A stretch of 64,000 nt of DNA, from assembly GCA_963781505.1 (NCBI GenBank), contig CAWAHB010000010.1, forward strand, positions 237,547-301,546, written 5' to 3'. This stretch comes from an uncultured delta proteobacterium (lineage in GTDB: Bacteria; Myxococcota_A; Polyangia; Polyangiales; Polyangiaceae). The notes below the pieces were generated by a model, which did not search any database, was not told where the DNA came from, and saw only the letters and a list, made by a program, of their open reading frames with translations. A program made the position numbers and the translations under genes. Shown here one piece after another: positions 20,714 through 29,991 of this stretch; within the stretch, counting starts at the first letter, position 1, and each line of letters begins with the position of its first letter.

Positions 20714-21253
20714 GTGAGCTCTCGGGTCATCGTCACCATCGGCCACTCCTGGCGAAGCCTCGACGACTTCGTGCGGCTCTTGCGCCGGGAAAAGATCGCG
20801 ACCCTGATCGACGTTCGCCGATTCGCGGGCTCGAAGCGTCATCCCCACTTCGCCTCGCGGGCGCTGGGCGATTCGCTACTGTTCGAAGGCGTTGGCTACT
20901 TCCACGAACCGGACCTCGGCGGAATGCGCAAGAGCGTTCCAGGTTCCGTCAACGATGCGCTCGACGACACATTTCGCGGTTACGCCGATCACATGGCCAC
21001 ACCGGCGTTTCGCACCGCATTCGACCGCGTGGCACGCCTGGCGGGCCGCGAGCTCGTCGCCTTGATGTGCGCCGAAGCGGATCCGGAGCGCTGTCACCGT
21101 CGCTATCTCGCCGATGCCTTTTCCGTTGCTGGCTTTCAGGTGCGTCACGTGCTCGACGAAGGGACGCGCCCCCACGCCGTGCATGTTGCGCTCACGCGAC
21201 GCGACGGGACCCTGGTGTACAAGCGACGCGGTCAGCTCGAGCTGTTCCGCTGA
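20714..21253 (+). CDS. DUF488 family protein
   Basis: VTIGHSWRSLDDFVRLLRREKIATLIDVRRFAGSKRHPHF ... LMCAEADPERCHRRYLAD, the typical DUF488 pattern. Intact 179 aa. Confidence 0.8.
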   Translation: MSSRVIVTIGHSWRSLDDFVRLLRREKIATLIDVRRFAGSKRHPHFASRALGDSLLFEGVGYFHEPDLGGMRKSVPGSVNDALDDTFRGYADHMATPAFRTAFDRVARLAGRELVALMCAEADPERCHRRYLADAFSVAGFQVRHVLDEGTRPHAVHVALTRRDGTLVYKRRGQLELFR

Positions 21254-21272
21254 CGCTCCGAACGGTCGAGTC

Positions 21273-21608
21273 TCACTCTTTGGTTGGGGCCGGAGTCGCT
21301 CCGCCCTCTTGCGCCGGAGGCGTCCAGCCCGCGGGGGGCGTCCAGCCGGCGGGAGGTTGCCACCCAGGAGGCGGCTGGAAGCCGGGCGGAAACTGCAAGC
21401 CACCGGGCTGACCGGGCTGCGCGCCCGGCTGACCGGGAGCGGCTCCCGGCGGCGGTGCTTGTTGGGGTGGCGGCTGCGCAGCGGGCGGCGGGCCCTGTTG
21501 TGGAGGCGGCTGATTTCTCGGCGGCGCTTCCTGAACCAAACAACCCTGGGCGAGGGCGCCAGTCACCAACGCGGCGGCAAGAAACTTCTCACGATCGATT
21601 TTCATCAC
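21273..21608 (-). CDS. Pro/Gln-rich low-complexity lipoprotein
   Basis: Lipobox TGALAQGC followed by PPPQQGPPPAAQPPPQQAPPPG... and three PPxGW repeats. The start codon directly follows the MurE-like stop (TGA GTG ATG). Confidence 0.5.
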   Translation of the reverse strand: MMKIDREKFLAAALVTGALAQGCLVQEAPPRNQPPPQQGPPPAAQPPPQQAPPPGAAPGQPGAQPGQPGGLQFPPGFQPPPGWQPPAGWTPPAGWTPPAQEGGATPAPTKE

Positions 21609-22880
21609 TCATTGCTCCCCGAAGCGCGCACGACACGCCGCGCTTGCGACTTCTGCATCGTCGAACTCGAGCACTCGGTCGACGATGGTTTGCGTCCTCT
21701 CGTGACCCTTCCCGGCAATCACCACGATATCACCCAGTCTTGCCTCTTCAATCGCTCGCGTGATGGCGCGGGCCCGGTCTGGATCCAGCTCGAAAACCAC
21801 TTGCCTACCCTGCGTTGTACGACCGCCTCTGGCGGGGTCTTCCTCCGGAGAAATCAGAGTGGTTTTTGCCCCACGAAGTATGTCCTCCGCGATGGCCTCC
21901 GGGCTTTCGTAGCGTGGGTTGTCGGCGGTCACGACGAACCAATCCGCACGCTCGGCTGCGACCCGTCCCATCTCGGGTCGCTTTCCGGGATCGGAATCCC
22001 CTCCGCATCCGAATACCAAAAGCACGCGTCCGCCCGCGGCGAGGTTCCTTGCTTGATCGAGAGTGCGAGAGAGCGCGTCCGGTGTGTGAGCGTAATCCAC
22101 CACCACGAACGGGTTTCGCCAGACGGGTTCGAAGCGGCCACTCGTTCCCGAAAACTCCCGAAGCCCGACAGCGATGTTCTCCGGAGAGTACCCGAGCGCG
22201 TGAGCTCCGAGCGCCGCGGCGAGTGCGTTGTCGACGTTGACCTCACCAATGACCTGGAGCACGAGCTCGCTCCCGAGAAATCCTGGATCGAGCTCGATAC
22301 GCGTCTCGGTTCGGGTCACCGAGCTCGAACGAGCACGGAGCTCGAGGGGGAGGTCCCGACATTCCTCGGGGACGTTGGCTCTCGCTGCACAGAAAGCCAT
22401 GCGCCGCGCGGAAGCAGGCGTCACTTCGGAAAGCAATGCGCTCGCCGGGTCGGCGGCGTTGAACACCGCAGTCCCCCCCCTCACGAGCTGCATGAACAGC
22501 TGTGCCTTGGCGGCCAAGTAGTGCTCGGCATCTCCGTGATAGTCGAGGTGATCCCGCGACAGGTTCGTGAACACCGCCACCCGCGCCGGCCACACCTGCG
22601 CAAACCCGTTGGCCAGAGCCCGTGAAGTGGTTTCCAGCGCGAGGGTGCGCACCCGAGCGGCCTTTGCGGCTTCGATTCCCAGCGCAAATGCTTCGGTGGT
22701 CGAACCTTCGGCGATGAGCTCGCCATTCACCCACGCTCCGAGGGTGGTGATGCGGGCCGAAGGCTCTCCCGCCGCACGCACGATGGACTCCAGCATCCCC
22801 GTGGTGGTCGTCTTGCCGTTGGTGCCAGTTACCGCCACGGTCTCGAAGGCGGCATGTAGCTCGCGACGGATCTCGGTCAT
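21609..22880 (-). CDS. MurE-like Mur ligase lacking the N-terminal UDP-binding domain
   Basis: Intact 423 aa. The P-loop VTGTNGKTTTT is only 17 aa from the start. Also SRDHLDYHGDAEHYLAAKAQLF, GRFE, VVDYAHTPDAL, VFGCGGDSDPGKRPEMG, the MurE-specific DNPR motif (TADNPRYESPEAI) and IAGKGHE. Confidence 0.8.
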   Translation of the reverse strand: MTEIRRELHAAFETVAVTGTNGKTTTTGMLESIVRAAGEPSARITTLGAWVNGELIAEGSTTEAFALGIEAAKAARVRTLALETTSRALANGFAQVWPARVAVFTNLSRDHLDYHGDAEHYLAAKAQLFMQLVRGGTAVFNAADPASALLSEVTPASARRMAFCAARANVPEECRDLPLELRARSSSVTRTETRIELDPGFLGSELVLQVIGEVNVDNALAAALGAHALGYSPENIAVGLREFSGTSGRFEPVWRNPFVVVDYAHTPDALSRTLDQARNLAAGGRVLLVFGCGGDSDPGKRPEMGRVAAERADWFVVTADNPRYESPEAIAEDILRGAKTTLISPEEDPARGGRTTQGRQVVFELDPDRARAITRAIEEARLGDIVVIAGKGHERTQTIVDRVLEFDDAEVASAACRARFGEQ

Positions 22881-25016
22881 GTAAACGAAGGCGCGGGGTG
22901 GCTATCGGCGGTCTTGATGGCCTCGCTGAGGTCGTCGTTCGTGCGCAGACACGAGTAGCAGTCGCCCATCCGCAAGAACCCGCAACCACGACGCACCGTG
23001 AGGGCGCGGAGCTTGCTGAGCGATCGCGCATCAGCGCTGGCGCGCGCCCGGGACATCACGCCACGCAATTCCGTGCACCCGCGGCTCTTGCTCAGATCGA
23101 GCGCCACCAGCAGCGCCGGCGAAGCCTTGGCACGGATGTTACTCCCGTCCACGTAGGTCTTGGCGATCTTGTTGACGTCGGCGGCGTCCTTGTTCGAGCG
23201 CGTGGTCGAATACACGTCGTAGGCGATATCGGCTCCCGTCGCACCGAGCGCCGCAAGCGCGAGATCGAGGGCTCTGGCGGTATGCTTTGCATCGAGCGCG
23301 AGGCGGCGAACGTCCAGGATGAGGGGTCGATCTTTGGCGAGCCCGGGCTCGAGCGCGAGCGCCTTCTTGAACGCCCCGAGGCTCGCGTCCCCGAGGGACA
23401 GCTTCGCGTATCCGCGTCCCAGTGCTCGCCATTCCGCGGCGCTGCGGCTCGCCTCCGGCCGCGAGTTCAACGTGTTCAGGGCATTGCGATCCCCCGCCTC
23501 GGCGAGGGCCAGATCGACCGGCGGCCCTTCAGCGGTCGTCCCGCCAGCCAGCGTACTGCCGGACGGGGATGGGGACGGGCCCGAGACGCTGGAAAGAACC
23601 AAAACTCCGATCACCGCACCCGCGAGCACGAGCATCACGGCGCCGGTCAGTGCGAGGGCCCAAACCGGGACGGGTTGCCCGCCGAGGTCGAGGTTCTTCG
23701 CCAAGATCGGCGCACGGTCGAAGATGCTGGAAACGAGCGTCGAAGGGGCTCGCGCCAGAGTGCGGGCTTGCACGCGCGCCAGGTCGGGACTCGCCACGCT
23801 GAGAACGGTGTCGGAATACTGAACGCTCTTGGCGGCTGCACTCGCGGGCGCACTCATGGGCGAAGGCGTGAGTGCTTGTCCGGACGAGAACGGTCCCGAC
23901 GCGATGGGCCGGAGCTCGTCGATGCGACGTACGACCTCGGCCGCGGTCTGCACGCGTGCATCGGGGTCTTTGGCGAGCAGTTGCATTACCAGCGCCCCGA
24001 CTCCGGGGCTCGAGGTTTTGGGGCAGCGGAGCGGGATCCATCGTCATCTGGCGGGTGAGCACCACGACCATGTCGTTGTCCGCAAAGGGACGTCGTGCCG
24101 CTGAGCATCTCGTACAAGATGATCCCCAGCGTGTAGAGGTCGGCGCGCAACGTCGACCGGAGTGCCGGCGGCTTGTTCCGGCGCCATGTACTCCGGCGTG
24201 CCGAATACCGTGCCCGCCTGGGTGAGCCCGGCCTGGGCATCGCCAAGCTCGATTTTTGCGATGCCGAAGTCCAGGACCTTCGCGATGGGCGGTTCCTGAT
24301 CCTTTTGCACCAGCATGACGTTGTCGGGCTTGAGATCGCGGTGAACGATCCCTGCAGCATGCGCCGCATCGAGCGCGGAGGCGATTTGACGCCCGATGTG
24401 AAGTGCCAGCTCCGGCGACAGCGGTCCCCGCGCCGAGAAGCTCCCGGAGGCTCTCGCCCTCGACGTACTCGAGCACGAGATAAAACGACCCGTTGTCGAG
24501 CCGACCGAAGTCTTTCGCCGTGACCACGTTGGGGTGCTCGATGCGGGCCGCGGCCACCGCTTCCCGTTCGAACCGAGCCACGACCTCGGGCAAGTAGGTG
24601 AGCTCGCGGTGGAGGATCTTCAAGGCCACCGCTTTGCGCATGAGCACGTGCTCTGCCCGATACACGACGCCCATCCCGCCGGCACCGAGCTGTTCGATGA
24701 TTCGATAGCGATCCGCCACGATGATCCCCGATGCGGGTCGGTTCGTCGTCCGAGCCGTCCGCCTCGTTACTCTTCGGATCCGCTTCCGGAATCGAAGGCG
24801 GGCGCTGCGCCCCAAGCGACACTGGGGACGCCTCCGGGAAGCTGGGTCGCCGGTCGGTTCAGAGCGAGGGGAGTCTTGGACGGACTGGACGCGCTGCATG
24901 GTCGAGAGCGGCGGCGGTTCGCCGGGCGTCGTGATGGACGGCGGCTCGCCCGGCTCCGTCTGGCCAGGCGATCCGGAATGGTGTTTCGGCAGCGGGCTCT
25001 TCAACTGAGGCCCCAT
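22877..25016 (-). pseudogene. Hanks-type Ser/Thr protein kinase with TM segment and large extracytoplasmic C-terminal domain; at least 5 frame breaks (~23990-24730)
   Basis: Kinase subdomains are scattered over three minus frames. YRIIEQLGAGGMGVVYRAEH..AVALKIL is in ORF 23529..26150. I translated [15 protein letters not shown], which continues into ORF 24044..24316 (MLVQKDQ...VLDFGIAKI...[10 protein letters not shown]). [13 protein letters not shown] is in ORF 23986..24822. The C-terminal 369 aa (ORF 22877..23986) contains the TM span WALALTGAVMLVLAGAVIGVLVL. The start at 25016 is tentative. Confidence 0.75.
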
Positions 25017-25047
25017 TTTCGCGGGCGACCGTGCCGGCGTCGAGGGC

Positions 25048-26150
25048 TCATCGCTCTCTCCGGCCGGGGAGCTGGCGGACGACGCCCGAAGGACCCGCGG
25101 ATACGCCTCGATGCAGCACGATCCGGCCTCCGGCCTCGTGGCCGTGATGAAACGCATCGGATCGCGAACCAACGCCATATCGAGCCCAGCGCACCCGGGG
25201 ATGCCGCTGGCGGAAGTACTGTTTGAGATCGCGTCCCCCACCCAGACCAGACCTTCCTTTTGATGCGCGCGTCGTTCTCTTTCGAGCTTCAGACGAAACC
25301 CGGTCATGACTCCGGCAATGAACGTCCGCCGCTCGGCGTTCTTGGTGAGGCCCCGGCGCTTCTTGTAGTCGACCCAAAGCCGGTCCGCCGTGTGGGTCAG
25401 AAACGCGTAGGCGTACTCGGCGAGCTCCAGGTTCTCGGGCGAGCCACACACCTCCAGAACGGTGCCTCGCTTGCCCTCGAGCGGGCGCCACACGGGCACC
25501 CAGATGACCTCCACGAAGAAGAAGTTCATGATGATCATGCCGAGAATGCGCAGCGGCTCACTCACCCGTCCGGTGGGCTGTCCCAGGTGTCGAAACGAGT
25601 ACACCGCGCCCGGGCGCGTCACGGCTTCGACGTTGTACTTCAGCATCAAACGCTGAGCTGCGAGCATCGCTGCGTGGGCTTCGTGCTCGTTGGGACTTTC
25701 CGCCAGAGCCAGGAGTCGGGAGATGCGCTCGAGCAACTTCGTATCGCCCGCGCTCCGCTGCCTTGCATCGGGAATGCCGGTTGCGCTCGCGTCGATGCCT
25801 CGATCTCCACACACGGCGCGAAACGCTGGCCCGTGAGAGGACTCGTCCCGCTCCCCGAGCACTTCGTCCACGAATTGGTGGGCCATCTCGTGCTTGAGCA
25901 CTTCGATGAGCACCCCCCAGCCGTGTGCGAGGAGCAACTGCCGCGAGAGCTCGAGACTGCGCGTATCACCCACCCAACGACCCAGACGAGATTCGGAATC
26001 AGTGAGACAAAACACGGGGCGCCGCAAGACTTCGCGGAAGTGCGCGGCATTGAGCTCGTCGTACGCGGATCGCAACGCCCGAATCAGAGCGCGCTCCAGG
26101 TCGACGCTCAATCTCTCGACCAGCTCGGAAGAGCTCAAGCTCATGTCCAT
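25048..26150 (-). CDS. SprT-like zinc metalloprotease domain + DUF2786 protein; one frame break at ~25230
   Basis: First 306 aa of ORF 23529..26150: HEMAH (HExxH) in a SprT-like context and LLALAESPNEHEAHAAMLAAQRLMLKYN (DUF2786-like). The tail RDLKQYFRQRHPRVRWARYG...IVLHRGV is in ORF 25048..25491. Confidence 0.7.
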
Positions 26151-26181
26151 CGCACGCTATCACCGTGCGCGTGGGTCGCAA

Positions 26182-26500
26182 TCAGTCCTGGAGCGTGCAG
26201 CTGACGCGAGCGTGGAACGTGGACGCCGGCGAGCCGCGAAACGTGACGACATCCTGAGACTCTCCCGGCCCGAGAGAGAGGTCGATGGGATCGGGATTGA
26301 CGTCCGTGCTCACCCGACAGGCCGCCGATTGCTCACAGCCGCTGTCGAGCGTCACCACGTGGTCGTAACCTGCCCCGCTGTAGATGGCTGCTAGCCCGGA
26401 CGCTGATGCACGGGGGAAACTCGGGCTTCGTTTCGCCACCGTCGCTCGTCCTGGCGCCCAGGAGCGCCATTCCGAGCGCGAGGATCGGGAGGGAGCGCAT
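26182..26500 (-). CDS. Small secreted hypothetical protein; one frame break at ~26395
   Basis: The signal peptide MRSLPILALGMALLGA is in ORF 26333..26536. The mature part GLAAIYSGAGYDHVVTLDSGCEQSAACRVSTDVNPDPIDLSLGPGESQDVVTFRG is at the end of ORF 26182..26814. Confidence 0.4.
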
Positions 26501-26590
26501 GAGGCAACCATGGGGCCGAGCCGAACGGTCTGCCAAGTTTGTGAGACCGATGGTTTTGCAGCGGGCAAAGTGGCATGCTGCCCCGCTCTC

Positions 26591-27930
26591 ATGGCAGACG
26601 ACGACTTCGCTTCGATGTTCCAGGCTGTACCCGCCGAAAGCCGCGCTCGTCGCTTGCGGGACGGCGAAGTGGTCGAAGGCACCGTCAGCCAGATCGGCGG
26701 CGACAGCGTGTTCGTGGATGTTGGGAGCACGAAAGATGCAAGGATCCCCAGCTCCCAGCTCACCAGCCGTGAGGGCGAGCTACTCCGTGAAAGTCGGAGA
26801 CCGGATTCGGGCAACGGTGGTCGACGCGAGCCCGGAAGTGGTGGAGCTCGCGGTGTCCCTCGGACGCGGCGTCGCGGATGCGGCGGAGCTCCAAGTTGCT
26901 CAGGAAACCGGAATGCCGATCACCGGCAAAGTGGTCAAAGCGGTCAAGGCCGGCCTCGAAGTCGACGTGAGTGGCGTCCGAGCTTTCTGTCCTGCGTCGC
27001 AGATCGATCTCGGCTTCGTCAAAGAGCTCGACGTGTACACCGGTCAGACGATGGAATTCAAGGTGCTGGAGGTACGTGACGGCGGACGCTCCGTGGTGGT
27101 TTCCCGGCGCGCCTTGCTGGAAGAGCAGCGCCGAGAACGCGAAGCAACCATGGGCGAATCTCTGCGTGCCCGGTACGGACGTCCGCGGCACGGTGGCTTC
27201 GCTCAATCGTCATGGTGTGGTCGTGGACATCGGCGGCATCGACGGGTTCATTCACATCTCCGAGCTTTCCCACAAGCGAGTGGAGCGCGCGGAAGACGTG
27301 GTGAACGTCGGTGACCAAGTCGAGGTCCGAGTGATCGGTGTGGAGCGAAACGAAAAAGGGGTTCGTGTTCGGCTCTCGATGAAGGCGCGGGTCGATGCTC
27401 CAGACGCCCCGGCTGCCCCCGCACCGGACGAAGTACTGACGGCCACGGTACTGCGCACGGCGTCGAGCGGCGTCGTGGTGAGCACACCCAAAGGCGAAGG
27501 TCTGATTCCGCTCCGGGAGCTCGGCCTTCCCACCGGCGGCGATCATCGACGGGCCTATCCCGTGGGTAAGACGTTCGATGTCGTCGTCTTCGATCGCGAC
27601 GGGCGAGGCCGCACCCGGTTTTCCGCGGTCGGGGTGGCGCGGGTCGAAGAGCGTCGCAACGTGAAGGAGTTTGCCTCGTCCCAGCAGGGGCTCGGAAGCC
27701 TCGGCGATCTGCTGCGGGAAAAGCTCGGCCTGCCGGAGCCACCGCCGGAGCCAGCTACTCGGCCCGAGCCCGCTCTGACCAAAGCCAGGCCCTCACCGCC
27801 CGAGGTCGACTCACCACAGGTCAGCTCACCAAGCGTCGCCGAGGCGAAGATCGTCAGCGACGCTACGTCGTCCGGTCCTCCATCGTCCCGACGTCCGGAT
27901 CCTCCGGGTGTGGTGCGGCGGAAGCGTTGA
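26591..27930 (+). CDS. S1 RNA-binding domain protein (four S1-like OB folds, Pro-rich tail); two frame breaks (~26750, ~27150)
   Basis: GEVVEGTVSQIGGDSVFVDVG (ORF 26384..27079). PITGKVVKAVKAGLEVDVSGVRAFCPASQI (ORF 26406..27314). VRGTVASLNRHGVVVDIGGIDGFIHISEL and LTATVLRTASSGVVVSTP (ORF 26971..27930). Confidence 0.75.
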
Positions 27931-27931
27931 G

Positions 27932-28910
27932 ATGCGCGCGGTCCGCTGTCACGAGCTCGTCGGTCCGAGCGGTCTTCGCGTCGACGAGATCGAGCCTCCC
28001 GACGCCGGGCGCGGGCGAGATCGCAATCGATGTCCACGCGGCGGGGGTGAACTTTCCGGACGTTCTCCTGACGCGCGGCAAGTACCAATTTCAGCCGACC
28101 TTGCCCTTCAGCCCGGGGGGCGAAGCGTCTGGCGTCGTGTCGGCAGTGGGCGACGGAGTCAAACGCTTTCAGGTTGGCGATCGCGTTGCGGCGACCATGA
28201 TATTCGGCGCGCTCGCCGAACGCGTGGTCGTTCCGGAGGCAGCGGCTTCGCGGGTTCCCGACGGGGTTTCGTACGCCCAAGCAGCCACGTTCCTCGTAAC
28301 GTACGGGACGATGTACCACGCGTTCGTCGAACGCGCTTCGCTCGCCGCGGGGGAAACAGTCCTGGTTCTCGGTGCGGCGGGAGGCATCGGGCTGGCCGCC
28401 GTCGATCTAGCCAAGGCGCTCGGCGCACGGGTGATCGCCGCAGCGTCGTCACCGGAAAAGCTCGAGGTGTGCCGCGCTCTCGGTGCCGATCTTCTCATCG
28501 ATTACTCGCGGGAAGATCTGAAAGAGCGTGCCAAGGCTCTCAGCAACGGTGGAGTCGACGTGGTGGTCGATCCAGTGGGCGGCCCGTATTCCGAAGCGGC
28601 GCTGCGTGCCACGGGTTGGAATGGTCGCTTCTTGGTCATCGGATTCACCGCTGGAGAGATCCCGAAGGTGCCGCTCAATCTGGTGCTCCTGAAGGGCTGT
28701 CAGATCGTCGGCGTGTTCTGGGGCATGGCGGTCGCGAAAGACCCCGAGAAAAATCAGCGGAACGTGGCTCACCTGTTCGGGCTCTTGGACCAGAAGACAC
28801 TCCACGTGACGATCGACCAGACCTTCCCCCTCGAGCGCGCGCAGGATGCGATCGAGCGGGTCGCCCAGCGAGAGGCACAGGGCAAGATGGTCATCGTCGT
28901 CCGGGATTGA
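27932..28910 (+). CDS. NADPH:quinone oxidoreductase / zinc-type alcohol dehydrogenase family; one frame break near ~27995
   Basis: MRAVRCHELVGPSGLRVDEIE is in the frame of ORF 27908..29170. The rest is in ORF 27927..28910 (GEIAIDVHAAGVNFPD, GETVLVLGAAGGIGLAAVDLAK). Confidence 0.8.
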
Positions 28911-28943
28911 TGGCGAGCGCCGCCAATCACGAACTTCTCGAGC

Positions 28944-29816
28944 TCAGCCGCTCACGCCCTGGAGTGCGCGGATGCGGCTTTCGATGGGGGGATGGGAGCG
29001 GAACAACGACAGGAACCCGCCCTTGCCGCCTCGAATGCCGAACGCCGCGACGGTCTGGGGAAGCTCGCTTTCTTGGTTCTCATCCAGCTGGCGCAGGGCG
29101 GAGATCATCTTCTGCGCTCCCACCAGGCGCGCGCTGCCCGCATCCGCACGGTATTCACGCCAGCGGCTGAACCACATCACGATGATGGTGGCCAGGACCC
29201 CGAGGAGGATCTCCAGCACGATCACCGTGACCCAGTAGCCAAGTCCGCGACCCCGGTTCTTGAAGACGGCCTTGTCGATGATGTTGCCAATGATGCGCGA
29301 GAAGAAGATGACGAAGGTGTTCAATACACCTTGAATCAACGCCAGCGTGACCATGTCGCCGTTGGCAGCATGGGAGACTTCGTGGGCCAGAACGGCTTCG
29401 ACCTCGTCGCGTCCCATGCCATTGAGCAGCCCCGTGCTCACGGCAATCAGCGAGCTGTTCTTGGAAGCCCCCGTTGCGAACGCGTTGGGCGCGCCGTCGT
29501 ACACCGCCACCTCGGGCATGCCGATGCCGGCTTGCTGCGCTTGGCGTCCGACCGTCGAGAGGAGCCAGTGCTCCATCTCATTTCGCGGTTGAGTGATGAC
29601 CTGCGCCCCGGTGGCCATCTTGGCCAGCGGCTTCGAGAGCAAGAGCGAGATGGCCGACCCGCCAAACCCCCAGACGACTGAAACGATCGCAAGGGGGAGG
29701 TACGTGGTGTCGAACTTGCCGAGGAGCCCCGTCATCCGGAGCACCGTGAACACCACGCCGAGCAGAACCATCACGGCGAGGTTCGTGAGCAAGAAGAGGA
29801 CGATTCGCTTCAGCAA
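28944..29816 (-). CDS. htpX: Membrane zinc metalloprotease HtpX (M48)
   Basis: Intact 290 aa with N-terminal TM helices, HEVSHAANGDM (HExxH) and a C-terminal FRSHPPIESRI. Confidence 0.9.
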   Translation of the reverse strand: MLKRIVLFLLTNLAVMVLLGVVFTVLRMTGLLGKFDTTYLPLAIVSVVWGFGGSAISLLLSKPLAKMATGAQVITQPRNEMEHWLLSTVGRQAQQAGIGMPEVAVYDGAPNAFATGASKNSSLIAVSTGLLNGMGRDEVEAVLAHEVSHAANGDMVTLALIQGVLNTFVIFFSRIIGNIIDKAVFKNRGRGLGYWVTVIVLEILLGVLATIIVMWFSRWREYRADAGSARLVGAQKMISALRQLDENQESELPQTVAAFGIRGGKGGFLSLFRSHPPIESRIRALQGVSG

Positions 29817-29991
29817 GGGTCGATTCTCCGGCTGTGGGGATTCCTAATCAGGAAGCGGTCGAGTGTCGACCTCGAGCGCGGGCGGGGACGACGCGCCGCG
29901 CCAGATGGCCTCCGGAAGGCCCGAAGGAGGCACCCACCTTGACACCGCTCGGAACATGCGAGACCGAATGTGGCTCCCCAGGCGCCGGATC

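Noticed and set aside
23529-26150. An 873-aa ORF as a single SprT-kinase fusion protein
   Set aside because: It is a chimera. The true SprT/DUF2786 C-terminus is in another frame (ends at 25048). The stretch between the domains is Arg/Pro-rich read-through. The kinase motifs themselves hop between three frames.
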